From: a virus
Taxonomy: Duplodnaviria; Caudoviricetes
Length of the DNA: 60,505 nt
Strand: one strand, 5' to 3'
IMG/VR virus record: IMGVR_UViG_3300032213_000971
Coordinates: 1-60,505 of that record
Both the position numbers and the translations under genes were made by a program. The notes beneath the pieces are model-generated. The model was not told where the DNA came from, did not search any database, and saw only the letters and a list, made by a program, of their open reading frames with translations. Below, piece after piece: positions 1 through 10,410 of the stretch (position 1 is the first letter of the stretch; each line of letters opens with the position of its first letter).

Positions 1-123
1 AGCAACTTATTACGCAAATCCTCAAGATGAAAATAATCTTTTGATTTATAGTTCTTTTGCTGATGCACAAAACAAAGCAAATCCAGTTTTGATGTCTGGA
101 TCTAGCGGAAAGTTTAATATCGA
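1..123. repeat. Terminal overlap, left copy (identical to 60383-60505)
   Basis: agcaacttattacgc...tttaatatcga occurs at both ends; typical circular-contig assembly overlap. Confidence 0.97.
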
Positions 124-2398
124 CATTAAAAAACAGATTTCTCCGCAGACGACATTAAAATTTAATGTAAAACACTACTATTTAAACGGAGATGAGGTGC
201 AAGCGTTTACTTCTGGTGGAACTCTCCCTGCTCCTTTGATTTCTGGTCAAAAGTATTTCGTAAATGTAATTGATACTTTTACAATCTCACTGCACACCAA
301 TATTGCAGATGCGAATGCTTCTAGCGCGAACTCATTGGTTAATCCAGTTGTTCTAACAGACGCAGGAACTGGTGTAAATGCTCTGGTGAAACTAATCCCA
401 GCAACATCTTCAATAGGAACGCAATCACAAATTACTGCTCCCGGATTCCCTGTTGCTGCGCCATTAGGATCTGGTGCTACTGCTACTGCCGTTGTGGTCG
501 GTTCTGTCAATGGACAGTTTGATATAACAAACCCCGGGAGCGGTTACACTACAGCACCAACCATCACGTTTAGTTCTCCCCCAAGCCCACCAGAAGGATC
601 TGGTCAAATTGCAAGTCCAGCAACAGGCTACGCAGTTATGGTTCCTGATGGGCCGGGACTATTAACAAATAAAGTAGCTAGTATTGTGCTTACGAATGCA
701 GGGTCTGGATACTCTTCTGCTCCGACGATTACTTTTTCTACGGGGAATGCATCTGCATCATGCGCTATTACTACATCTCTTGTTTCTAGATTCACAGTAA
801 CGAACGGCGGATCTGGTTATACAGACGCACCGATTGTTAAGATTACAGGAGGAGGAGGAACAGGAGCAACAGCAACTGCGATTGTTGACCCAAACAGCAA
901 CACAGTAACGGGATTAAATATCATAACGGAAGGAACCGGGTATACTTCAACCCCAACAGTTACCATAACTGCGTCTTCTGGTGTATTTGTTGAATTTGTA
1001 TCTACTGGCGCACTTCCCTCTCCTTTGGAGTCTGGAGTAGCATACACAGCAGAGCCTCCGCTAAATACAACAACAGGAAATTTCACAGTAAAGACAACTC
1101 AAGGGAATACAATCAACATTACTAGTGCGCCAACAGGCAATTTTTTCCTAGCTCTTTCTAGGTCTTTTACTGTTGGTTTTAACAATATATGGAATGGAGA
1201 CTTCTCTGGCATTACTACTGGGCAAGGTGTCTATTTAGATTCTGACTACCTCCTTCCAACAGGAGTTAGCTCTAATTTTTTGTACTATATCAGGAAACTA
1301 AACAACACTTCAGCGCAGTTGTATAATAGTCCTGAAAATGCCAGTTCAACGACAACAACGCAGGGTCTTATTGCTATTTCTCAAATAGGGACAGGGCAAA
1401 CATATTATGCTATCAGGAATCCCGCCTATGCAAAAGCATACAATAATCTTTTGTTTGTAGAATATAATCAATATATCAATTCAAGCACGATTGTAACATT
1501 CTCTACAACAGGAACATTGCCTTCCCCTTTAACAGCGAACACAAATTATCTTGTTAGTCCGCAAGGGCAATATCTTTCTATCACCGATCTGAACAACAAT
1601 CCGATTGTTTTTTCTCAAAACGCGATTCCTACTTTGCAGATTGGAGAGTTGAACCTTTTGATTCAAAGGGATTTTACAATCGTTCCATCAACAAATTTAC
1701 AAGCAACAAACAGCCTATTTAACACAGGGGATCAACTGACAGTAAGACCGAGTCCAAACGATTCTTTGCCTTATGGACTACAACAAAGCACGTTGCAATC
1801 ACCTCAATATTATTACGCTAGAACAATTGGTTCTAATTTAATAGAAATATACGACACAGAAAGCAACGCTCTTAACATTGCTTCAACAAATGGAAGAGTT
1901 ACATTTTATGATATTGGCAATTTAGTAAATAGTGCGTTTTTTACAGATGTAATTTTGCCTCCTGTGCTAATTAAAAGCATTTACCACATAGAAAAGCCAG
2001 AGACATTGGGATACGTTAGCCTGTATGCGTTCGACAACGGAAGAAGCAACGACATGGCTCTGATTGGGCAGTATCACCCGAAAGAAACCAATCCTAAATA
2101 TCGCAGGATTAGGATCGGAAAGCAGTGTTCTTGGGCTAGGGTTATTTACCGGGTAAAAGCACCGCAAATATCCAGCGAATACGATTACATTCCTGTTGAA
2201 AACCAACGCGCAATTTTAGCTGCTCTACATGCCGTGGATCTGGAGGACAAAGACTTCTTTGACCAATCTCAAAAGTATTGGGCAGTCGCATACGGTTATT
2301 TGAGGAACCAGAACGAGAGCATGGAAGGTCACGCTATGCAGCCACCTCAAATCAATAATATCACTTATGGTGATTATACTGACGAGGTGATGTTCTAA
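1..2398 (+). CDS. C-terminal part of origin-spanning virion protein (putative head-tail adaptor/tail tubular A-like, with inserted beta-repeat domains); starts at 59445
   Basis: In frame with ATG 59445 across the overlap (~1111 aa total). Contains GSGY(T/S)xxPxxxx repeats and LPxPL..Y repeats, and a helical C-terminus. Lies directly upstream of the nozzle-like gene. Confidence 0.7.
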   Translation, partial: ATYYANPQDENNLLIYSSFADAQNKANPVLMSGSSGKFNIDIKKQISPQTTLKFNVKHYYLNGDEVQAFTSGGTLPAPLISGQKYFVNVIDTFTISLHTNIADANASSANSLVNPVVLTDAGTGVNALVKLIPATSSIGTQSQITAPGFPVAAPLGSGATATAVVVGSVNGQFDITNPGSGYTTAPTITFSSPPSPPEGSGQIASPATGYAVMVPDGPGLLTNKVASIVLTNAGSGYSSAPTITFSTGNASASCAITTSLVSRFTVTNGGSGYTDAPIVKITGGGGTGATATAIVDPNSNTVTGLNIITEGTGYTSTPTVTITASSGVFVEFVSTGALPSPLESGVAYTAEPPLNTTTGNFTVKTTQGNTINITSAPTGNFFLALSRSFTVGFNNIWNGDFSGITTGQGVYLDSDYLLPTGVSSNFLYYIRKLNNTSAQLYNSPENASSTTTTQGLIAISQIGTGQTYYAIRNPAYAKAYNNLLFVEYNQYINSSTIVTFSTTGTLPSPLTANTNYLVSPQGQYLSITDLNNNPIVFSQNAIPTLQIGELNLLIQRDFTIVPSTNLQATNSLFNTGDQLTVRPSPNDSLPYGLQQSTLQSPQYYYARTIGSNLIEIYDTESNALNIASTNGRVTFYDIGNLVNSAFFTDVILPPVLIKSIYHIEKPETLGYVSLYAFDNGRSNDMALIGQYHPKETNPKYRRIRIGKQCSWARVIYRVKAPQISSEYDYIPVENQRAILAALHAVDLEDKDFFDQSQKYWAVAYGYLRNQNESMEGHAMQPPQINNITYGDYTDEVMF

Positions 2399-2399
2399 A

Positions 2400-4538
2400 A
2401 TGAAAAGCCCAAATATCACTTCAGGCAGGCAGGAAAAAACATCCGCTGCGTGGTTCATGGGGGCAAACAGCGTACGCAACCCGTGGACACTACCAGAAAA
2501 TCAATATAAATGGGGAGTCAATGTAACTTGCCGAGGCGGCATGGTTCAAACAAGACCCGGTTACACAATGAAATTGTCTCTGCCTGCTGGCAATTTCCAA
2601 GGTGGGGTTGTTTTTAACGCAAATAAGCAAGCGCAATCATCTTTGGTAATAACCGGGTACGGAGGATCAGGAGAGACTTATAGAAATACAATTTATGATT
2701 ACAACGGAAACGCAGTCGAAGCAGCAGAACTCCCGTATATTGTTTTTGCTGTAGATGGAAAAGTTTATTTCCTCCCCTTTCCGTTAGTTCAACCATCATC
2801 ATGGGAGGATCATCGTTTGACCGGGATCGAAATGAACCCGGACGCAGACAAAATCAATTTCGTTATAGCCACAAGGTCTGCAACTATTAGCACTGGCGGT
2901 GGTGTTGCTGTTACCCCTTCTCACAGGATAATTATTATCCAAGATGGGTCTAACACACCCTGTTATTGGGACGGTTCAAACGACACTGGGAACTTGGCAG
3001 AAAATATGCCAATTGGATACTGGATGGCATATTCTGGAAACAGGCTTTGGGTCGCAAACGGAAACATTATTTCCGCATCTGATTTGGCTAATCCTATTGG
3101 ATGGGAAGAAAGAAAAACAGGCAGCGGAAGGGGTGATTTTAGTGTTCCAAGAAAGGTTACTGCACTTCAAGACTATGTCGGCCAAAACAACGAGACCAGC
3201 CTCTATGTTTTTACCGATCAATCGACGTATTCTATTGCCAGCGGAATTTTAGACCGAAACGCATGGGCAAATACTGCAAATTTCCAAAGCAATATTTTCC
3301 CTCATATTGGTTGCGTTGCCGGGAAAAGCATCGCGTTTCAGGCCGGGCAGATGTGGTGGTACTCGCAAGGCGGACTGGTTAGCGTTGACGTTGCATCAGC
3401 CTCTTACTTATCAAGTCAGATTCTTTTCAAAGACATTGAAATGGCAAAAGCGAAGAGGCTAATGCCATCTGATTACACTGGCATATGCGCTACTTCTTTT
3501 GAGAACTACATCCTGTATTCAATTCCGTATCTTGAAAAGCTGAACAGCGTAACGATGGTTTTGGATTACGCAGTGGCATCGGAGTGGAATCAAAACAAGA
3601 TCCCGGCTTGGTCTGGAGTTTGGACAGGCATCCGACCAGTAGAATGGGCTGCTGGAATGATTGATAATCAGCCAAAGCTATTTGCTTTTTCAGTCGATTA
3701 CTCTCCATCTTCAGATGGATCATACAACCACTTGTGGGAGGCTTTCACACCAGAACGAGAGGACAAGTATTTCGAGATAAACCAAGACGGCTCAACTACA
3801 GAGCGAGTAAACAGGATTTACTGCCAGTTTGAAACTGGACTTCTTGGTGACACAATGGATCTTAAACAACTTGTTTACGGGGAAGTGGATTGCAGTCAGA
3901 TTGCTGGCACAGTCGATGTAAAAGTATCTTTCCGGGGGACAAAGGGAAAATACCAAAGCATATTGGATAAAAGGATTTTAGCAGTTACAGAAAAGTACCA
4001 GTATGAAAATACTTCAGAGCAGGGAGAAATAGAAGATTTAGGCATCCTTCAGACGCAGGCTCGCAGGCTTATTACTGAAAACATAGGAGGTAAAAATGAC
4101 AAACCATCATGCGAATCAGACTACTCAAATGATGTAGATAAGTGTTTCAGTTTTCTTGTTGAATGGTGCGGTGCTTTGGGGGTCGATTCCGTAAGGATGT
4201 ATCTTGATCCTTGGCCTGATAAATCAATTGGCAGGAAAAGTGAAAACGAAACAATTTATTGTGCTGTTGGAGAAAATGGAGATTCTAAAACATTCAACCT
4301 ACAAACCGCTTCCGTAGAAAAAGCACCTGAAGGTGTAAACTCTTGGAAAAGCACGCAGACAAGGACAGTCACGCTACGTTGCAATGGGGGATCGACTGTC
4401 CCGGCAGTTTCTTCTACGGCAACGGCAAGCTACATTAGTTACGTTTCAGAAGCTGACGCTGCTACTCAAGCTGCACTAATAGCTACTCAAGAGGCGACAA
4501 CTGCCGCTAATCTATACAGGAAAACAAACCCCTGCTAA
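2400..4538 (+). CDS. Putative tail nozzle / tail tubular B / DNA stabilization protein (beta-propeller-like)
   Basis: 712 aa, beta-rich, AYSGNRLWVA-type blade motif; podoviral position between adaptor and ejection genes. Confidence 0.65.
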   Translation: MKSPNITSGRQEKTSAAWFMGANSVRNPWTLPENQYKWGVNVTCRGGMVQTRPGYTMKLSLPAGNFQGGVVFNANKQAQSSLVITGYGGSGETYRNTIYDYNGNAVEAAELPYIVFAVDGKVYFLPFPLVQPSSWEDHRLTGIEMNPDADKINFVIATRSATISTGGGVAVTPSHRIIIIQDGSNTPCYWDGSNDTGNLAENMPIGYWMAYSGNRLWVANGNIISASDLANPIGWEERKTGSGRGDFSVPRKVTALQDYVGQNNETSLYVFTDQSTYSIASGILDRNAWANTANFQSNIFPHIGCVAGKSIAFQAGQMWWYSQGGLVSVDVASASYLSSQILFKDIEMAKAKRLMPSDYTGICATSFENYILYSIPYLEKLNSVTMVLDYAVASEWNQNKIPAWSGVWTGIRPVEWAAGMIDNQPKLFAFSVDYSPSSDGSYNHLWEAFTPEREDKYFEINQDGSTTERVNRIYCQFETGLLGDTMDLKQLVYGEVDCSQIAGTVDVKVSFRGTKGKYQSILDKRILAVTEKYQYENTSEQGEIEDLGILQTQARRLITENIGGKNDKPSCESDYSNDVDKCFSFLVEWCGALGVDSVRMYLDPWPDKSIGRKSENETIYCAVGENGDSKTFNLQTASVEKAPEGVNSWKSTQTRTVTLRCNGGSTVPAVSSTATASYISYVSEADAATQAALIATQEATTAANLYRKTNPC

Positions 4539-4540
4539 AT

Positions 4541-4786
4541 ATGCCATCTATTTTAACAGCAGCCAATCCTGTAACGGAATTTCCCAATAAATACATCAGC
4601 CCTTATGGCAACGATGGTGTAATCCCATTGTATTCAAGCATTCCAATCTACAATATTCCCTCAAACTCTACTTGCCTTCCTTGTGTTGTTTGCGGAACAT
4701 CCTCGACTAGGTCGGAAATTAATTCTTCACAAGCCATTGGATTCAAAATTAACCAACAAACTGGGGTTGTTACGACCCTGACCTAA
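4541..4786 (+). CDS. Small Cys-containing virion-associated protein
   Basis: Tight operon packing; CLPCVVCG motif. Confidence 0.6.
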   Translation: MPSILTAANPVTEFPNKYISPYGNDGVIPLYSSIPIYNIPSNSTCLPCVVCGTSSTRSEINSSQAIGFKINQQTGVVTTLT

Positions 4787-4790
4787 TAAA

Positions 4791-5168
4791 ATGAACAAAT
4801 ACCAATACAAATACGTCCCAAGGAACACAGTCGAATTTAAGCAGATGCAGGAATTTGCTAAATCCTTCGACCACACAATAGTAGAACATCCTTCTATTAA
4901 TGTTTTTGCCCACTACAGAAATGAACAGTTGTTTGGATACAGCGATCATTGCTCATTCCCGGTTATTTACCCTGCATTTCACCCCGAATTCACCAAACCA
5001 AGGGACGTAATTCAGACGATGACTGACTGGAGGCATTATTCTCAAATCAACGGAAGCCTTGGGTATTTGGGAGTTCCAACTAAAGAATTGAGGCCAAACT
5101 TTCCTGATGAAACAATGGAAAAACTTGGGCTTGTAAAACTCAACAGAGAATTATATTATCCTTCGTAA
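4791..5168 (+). CDS. Hypothetical protein (position of internal virion protein A-like genes)
   Basis: 125 aa ORF between nozzle and ejection genes; function inferred from synteny only. Confidence 0.6.
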   Translation: MNKYQYKYVPRNTVEFKQMQEFAKSFDHTIVEHPSINVFAHYRNEQLFGYSDHCSFPVIYPAFHPEFTKPRDVIQTMTDWRHYSQINGSLGYLGVPTKELRPNFPDETMEKLGLVKLNRELYYPS

Positions 5169-5171
5169 TTT

Positions 5172-6551
5172 ATGGGAAGTTCACCTACATATGTCCCTTC
5201 TGCCCCTGATAATAATCAGGCTGCTTACAATATCATGGCTGCTCAAATTGCAGCACAGGGGAATCTTTACCAGCAGAAACTCAAAAGTGATCTTGCTTTT
5301 CAACAAGCAAGGGGAGAGATCGAATCCCCACTGCTTAAAGCGTATAGCGATGCTCAAATTGGTCTTCAGAAAACGCAGAAAGACATTGAGATGGGGTATT
5401 TGCAGAGTCTTGCAAAGGGGCAGTTGGGGCTATTGGAAACGCAAGGAGCCATTCAGTCAGGGCAACTTAAAACTAGGGACGCTGTTCAATCTAGCCTGCT
5501 AGACCTACAAAACCAGCAACTGCTCCGGGAGGCTCAATTTGCTCCCACTATGGAGCGTTTCGACGCGAATAAAGCCGCAGAGGAGTCTAAAAAATTCGCC
5601 ATTGGCAATGTTCAAAGGCAACGCGAGGCAGAAGAGATCCTAAACCCGGAAGCCGCTAAAATTAGGAGGGAATTGGCTTCCGATGTAGATAAATACACTA
5701 GCGCAGATTACGACAAGGAGTGGATGAACCAACTCATTAAGTCTGGAATCGTCCGCAATCTTCAGTCTGGCCTTGGTTCAGGAACTTTGTCTGAAGCATC
5801 TTTCGCAGATCAGTCTTTGGAGCAAAAACGTAAAAGAGACCTAGAGAACATGTCGCTCCGGGAGCAGTACCTAAAACTGACTCCTCAAATCTCTACGCTA
5901 GATCCACAAGCCCTTATTGGGCAGCAACAGCAAACAGAACAGCAGAATTTGAATCGCATGAATCAGTGGCAACAGGGCATCCTGCAAGCCGCAAGAGGTC
6001 TTGGTGAAAATGTCGGTCGAGTTGGAATGGCTAATGTTGGTGAACTTTCTCAAATGCAGAATCAAAATCTTGCTGGCCTTTCTGCTCAACAAGCGCAGAA
6101 TATGTCTAATTTTGGGAACCTTCAATTTGCAGGAGCAAACAGAGTCAGGGAAGATGTGCTTGGTTCGTTGAACACACTAGGCCAGACTCAAATTAACAAC
6201 ATTAATTCTGTATTTGGTCAACAAGCAGGAAACTTGCAATCCATGTCAGATTTCCTTAATCGCTCCATGAGTGGTGCGCTATCTCTTAACCAAACCAATA
6301 GGCAGGAATGGCGCGATTACCAGAATGCGCTATCGCAAATATCGGCACAAAACGCTGCCAACCAAAACGCAACCACAGGCGCATTGATCGGTGCCGTTGG
6401 AACTATTGCTGGCGGTGCGCTTGGTGGCCCGATGGGCGCGATGATTGGAGGATCACTTGCTGGGTTAGGATCTAAAGCAGTTATGCCTTCTGGTGGATAT
6501 ACTCCAATGTCGTCAGCACCAGCTTCTGTTAAATCAAAATACGGATGGTAA
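5172..6551 (+). CDS. Putative DNA ejection / internal virion protein
   Basis: Q/A/G-rich and helical, with a C-terminal glycine-zipper hydrophobic segment (GALIGAVGTIAGGALGGPMGAMIGG). Confidence 0.7.
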   Translation: MGSSPTYVPSAPDNNQAAYNIMAAQIAAQGNLYQQKLKSDLAFQQARGEIESPLLKAYSDAQIGLQKTQKDIEMGYLQSLAKGQLGLLETQGAIQSGQLKTRDAVQSSLLDLQNQQLLREAQFAPTMERFDANKAAEESKKFAIGNVQRQREAEEILNPEAAKIRRELASDVDKYTSADYDKEWMNQLIKSGIVRNLQSGLGSGTLSEASFADQSLEQKRKRDLENMSLREQYLKLTPQISTLDPQALIGQQQQTEQQNLNRMNQWQQGILQAARGLGENVGRVGMANVGELSQMQNQNLAGLSAQQAQNMSNFGNLQFAGANRVREDVLGSLNTLGQTQINNINSVFGQQAGNLQSMSDFLNRSMSGALSLNQTNRQEWRDYQNALSQISAQNAANQNATTGALIGAVGTIAGGALGGPMGAMIGGSLAGLGSKAVMPSGGYTPMSSAPASVKSKYGW

Positions 6552-6592
6552 CAATTTCAACAAACAACACAAACAACTAACACACTACTATT

Positions 6593-7339
6593 ATGGGAGG
6601 AGGCCCTTCATTCATCAGTTCCCCTGCACCCGTGCAGCAGGACAACTCTGCTCAACTAATCGCCGCAATCAACGCTCAAAATGCAGCGATGATGCAAGCT
6701 CAAGCAGCGTATCAAGAAAAAGCATTGGCATACGGGAAAGAATCTGCCGCTGCTCAACTTGAATACAACAAATGGGCCGCTGAACAGCAACGGAACTTTG
6801 AATCAGCGCAAGCAGAACTTCAAAGAAAATTCCAAGACGAGTTCACAACGAAACAGACGCAACTAACGCAGGACTACGCTACCAAACAGCAGGAACGTGA
6901 AATTCAAGCTGCGGTAGATCGTGCTGCTGCTACAAAGCTCGCGCAAGATCAGGCGGCATATCAAACTGCTGTGTCTCAAGCCAATCAACTTGCAAACCAA
7001 AGCGAACAAGCCGCTTATCAGCAAATGGCCTCTGGTGATGCTATGCAAAAAGCAATGGATGTTGCTTCTGCTAATCAGTATGCTCAAGAAGCGTCAACGG
7101 CAGGCAAAAGCTACACTGGGCCTTCTTTCGACATCGGGCAAGCGGAACAACAGAAAATGCAAAACCTCCGTGCAGCATCTTCAAAAATTCCTGCATCTGC
7201 ATACAATCAAGCTATGCAACAGCAGAATCCTGCTATGAAATCTGCCGCAACGCAACAGACTTTGTTGAACCAGTTTGGCAACACTCAACAACAATTCAGT
7301 TCCCCTAAAGTTGATGATTTAAAGTTTGGTGGAGTGTAA
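6593..7339 (+). CDS. Putative internal virion protein (Q/A-rich coiled coil)
   Basis: MGGG start, A/C-rich leader, ejection-cluster position. Confidence 0.65.
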   Translation: MGGGPSFISSPAPVQQDNSAQLIAAINAQNAAMMQAQAAYQEKALAYGKESAAAQLEYNKWAAEQQRNFESAQAELQRKFQDEFTTKQTQLTQDYATKQQEREIQAAVDRAAATKLAQDQAAYQTAVSQANQLANQSEQAAYQQMASGDAMQKAMDVASANQYAQEASTAGKSYTGPSFDIGQAEQQKMQNLRAASSKIPASAYNQAMQQQNPAMKSAATQQTLLNQFGNTQQQFSSPKVDDLKFGGV

Positions 7340-7356
7340 TATAAATTTTCCAGAAG

Positions 7357-8583
7357 ATGTACTCACCATTAAAAGCGGTAAATGATTACTTCAGTAGTTC
7401 TGTTGGTAGTAATCAATCCAAACTAAAATCGGTTTGGGCTAATGCAACGTCATCTCCTAAAACAGAATTAGATAAGCGTTCTTATGATACATATCTGAAA
7501 TCTTTGCGATGGGATGAAAGGGATGCAGAGACAAAAAGGATGGATGAAATAAAGAAGCAAGAAAAAATAGATTTCGACAAACAACGAGAAAAAGATCTCT
7601 TGCGTATTGGCCCTACAATTCGTCCCCCTTCGTTTAGTGGGCAAACACCAATCGTAGTAAAGGCACTGGACGCAGGGCAATCTGTTGGCGGAACTAAAAC
7701 AGCAATAACAAACCCAACTGGGACATATTTTGTTGAAAGCACGCAACAAGGGCCAAAGATTTCCGTTGCCACACAACAGGGAACTAGGACTTCCTCAAAT
7801 GCGACAAATATAACTCCCATTGTTAATTATAAAGAAGCACCAGTTGGTTCCTCTCCAATTATAAATAAACTCCTTGTTGATAATGCGAAAAAATTTCAAG
7901 AAAATCTTACAGGACAACTTGTTAATTCTGTCTATTCTGGAATGGCCGCACAAACTACTGCGCCAGAATATTCAATGACAGAAACAGGGATACAGGCAGT
8001 TCAGCCGTTGGTTCCTATCACAAAAGAACAAATAGATAAAAAAATTCAAGAAGACCTTGAATTGGAAAAAAATACAGCATCTCGATTGCAGCAAGAAAAA
8101 GAACTAGAAGCCGCGCAAAAACTTGAAGCACAAAAGCGTGAAACACAAACAAAACTAGACAAACAAGCGAAAATTAATGCTGAAATAGAAGCCAAAAGGA
8201 TCGCAGATGAGAAAGCGGCAGAAGCTGCAAGGTTTAGATCTCAACAACAATTCGATTACGATACGCAAATAGAATCTGCGTTAAAAGCCGCAGAAGGAAA
8301 TAGTTCTTTGGCTAGGAGGCAATTCTCCGCCTATGAAGATAGGCAAAAGACAATGGACGCTGAAAAGTTGGCTCAACAGCGAGCAAAAAGAGGAAACCCG
8401 GCTGGGTACGCTGGAGGATTTGCTCAAAAAGCAATTCAACCAACTCCTGCTACGCCTGCTGCAATTAAAGCCCCTGCAATGAAGGCACCACAACCCCCGG
8501 CAACAATTGAACCAACAGCAAATAAGGTTTCTTCTTCTTTCTTGCCTCCCAAGGTAGATGGATTACAATTTGGCGGAAACTAA
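7357..8583 (+). CDS. Putative internal virion protein, partial paralog of 6593..7339
   Basis: Coiled coil; shares the C-terminal PKVDxLxFGG motif with the upstream gene. Confidence 0.6.
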   Translation: MYSPLKAVNDYFSSSVGSNQSKLKSVWANATSSPKTELDKRSYDTYLKSLRWDERDAETKRMDEIKKQEKIDFDKQREKDLLRIGPTIRPPSFSGQTPIVVKALDAGQSVGGTKTAITNPTGTYFVESTQQGPKISVATQQGTRTSSNATNITPIVNYKEAPVGSSPIINKLLVDNAKKFQENLTGQLVNSVYSGMAAQTTAPEYSMTETGIQAVQPLVPITKEQIDKKIQEDLELEKNTASRLQQEKELEAAQKLEAQKRETQTKLDKQAKINAEIEAKRIADEKAAEAARFRSQQQFDYDTQIESALKAAEGNSSLARRQFSAYEDRQKTMDAEKLAQQRAKRGNPAGYAGGFAQKAIQPTPATPAAIKAPAMKAPQPPATIEPTANKVSSSFLPPKVDGLQFGGN

Positions 8584-8586
8584 CAC

Positions 8587-10410
8587 ATGGCATTCTCATT
8601 CCAACCATTTTCCCCCCTTGCGAATGTTCAGCCAATAACCCTTGGTGGTTTGGATGTTTCCCAAATTAGGCCAATAACACCTTTCGCTGTAGGGAATACG
8701 AGGCCAGAACTCGTTGCCCAAGGAATTGCGTCTGGCACAAAAGACATTGCTTTAGGCATTCTCACAGGCGTAAAAGCCGCAAGAGAGCAAAAACTTCAAG
8801 ACCTCAAGGATCAAAGGGATCTCGCAAAAGAAGTAATCAAGCTAAAAGCTGCGCGAGAGGATAAACAAACTACTCTTGCCGAAACGATGCGGCACCATAA
8901 AGAGTTGGAAAGGTTGTCGCAGGAAAGGATTAAAAACGTCACGCCTCCTGATTGGGGTGGCGATTCATCCGAAACCACAGATACAGAGCAGCCATTGTCC
9001 GCTACGCAACCGCTCAAAACACCAACATCTACGCTCCCGACACAAGATAGATACCAACGTGACACTACTCCTGTTGGCGGGTTTTCTTTCGATACCATCA
9101 ACCTTCCCGAAGACCTGAATAATGATAGCAATCTGATTCAGGCAGATAAAATCCTTGGTGATCTTAATTATCCAGTGCCTTTGGAAACTTCTCCAACACC
9201 GCTTGGAATGAACGCTGTAAATGCTTTAGCAAATGTTGATTGGTCAAGCGTCAGGGCCAACCTTGGAGCAGGGCTTTCTGCTGGAGCAACCCCGGCAAGC
9301 ATTCCTGCAACCATCCCAAGTTTCGCAAAAGCCAAGCCCCCGGTTTCACTTTCTACTTTGGGTGGAGTTTCTAATGAGCAGATGTCGCAGATTCAACAGC
9401 AATTGGCAGAAATGCCGTTGAAATCTGTTTCCCCGGTTGCGGCACCTAAACCTGATGTAACAAAATTTGGTGTTCCTAAATCAGGTTTCAAAACATACGA
9501 GGAAGCTAGGAAATATATTGAATCTCAATCTGGCAACCCTAATTGGTATGCTGAAGCCACGCCAAAACCTGATAAGTCAGGAATGTTTGTTATTCCTTGG
9601 AAGCAACAAGACCCAAGCAAGGCGCAAACACAGGAGATGCAGAAAAAAAGGCTATCCAAGTTGGATCAGGCTGGACTTGCTTCAGAGGTAGATAAGTTTT
9701 ACAAAGATCCTATCTACAAGCTCATGCAGTCGCGCCCGATGCAGATTACGGAATTCAGTTCTTTGATGGACGAGGCATACTCCCCAAACCCCAAAAAGTC
9801 ACGCAGGGCAATCGACCTTGATGCTATTGACAAGTTTGTAATGTTTGCCCGTGGAACGCAGCCAACAGAAGCACAGTATTCAGAAATTCAGAACTGGACA
9901 CAGGGGTACTTAAACGATGTTCGTCAAAAAATAGACAAAGGAGTAGAAGGAGCAAGGCTTTCTGACGCTGATTATGAAAGCATGATGAACCTAATGTATC
10001 GTGCATACAACACAACGGCAGAACTGGTTAATCCTGAAATAGCCGACTTGAGGACGGTGGTTAAGGCAAAGCATCCAGACCTGATGGAACAGGAACTGCC
10101 ATCCACATATATGCCATACGAAGTGCCTTCGTATTTTGAAGACAAAATGGTAGAAGCGCAGCAGCAAATGAAGCAATATCATGCTCTAATGCAGGATGCA
10201 AAAAACAAGAATGATGCAACTACGTTCGCAGAGGCCAAAAAAAAGTACGACGAAGCAAAATCTGAACAGGACAACCTAAACAATTCTTTGACAAAATCTA
10301 AAGCATCACGACACCCATTAAATAAAAAAGCGTTCCGCCGAGGAGGATGGAGGCAGGGACTATTTGGTGGATCTAGCGATATTGGTGCAGCATTACAAAA
10401 TGCCCAATAA
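8587..10410 (+). CDS. Putative internal virion / DNA transfer protein
   Basis: 607 aa, low-complexity N-half and helical C-half, directly before the giant protein. Confidence 0.6.
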   Translation: MAFSFQPFSPLANVQPITLGGLDVSQIRPITPFAVGNTRPELVAQGIASGTKDIALGILTGVKAAREQKLQDLKDQRDLAKEVIKLKAAREDKQTTLAETMRHHKELERLSQERIKNVTPPDWGGDSSETTDTEQPLSATQPLKTPTSTLPTQDRYQRDTTPVGGFSFDTINLPEDLNNDSNLIQADKILGDLNYPVPLETSPTPLGMNAVNALANVDWSSVRANLGAGLSAGATPASIPATIPSFAKAKPPVSLSTLGGVSNEQMSQIQQQLAEMPLKSVSPVAAPKPDVTKFGVPKSGFKTYEEARKYIESQSGNPNWYAEATPKPDKSGMFVIPWKQQDPSKAQTQEMQKKRLSKLDQAGLASEVDKFYKDPIYKLMQSRPMQITEFSSLMDEAYSPNPKKSRRAIDLDAIDKFVMFARGTQPTEAQYSEIQNWTQGYLNDVRQKIDKGVEGARLSDADYESMMNLMYRAYNTTAELVNPEIADLRTVVKAKHPDLMEQELPSTYMPYEVPSYFEDKMVEAQQQMKQYHALMQDAKNKNDATTFAEAKKKYDEAKSEQDNLNNSLTKSKASRHPLNKKAFRRGGWRQGLFGGSSDIGAALQNAQ

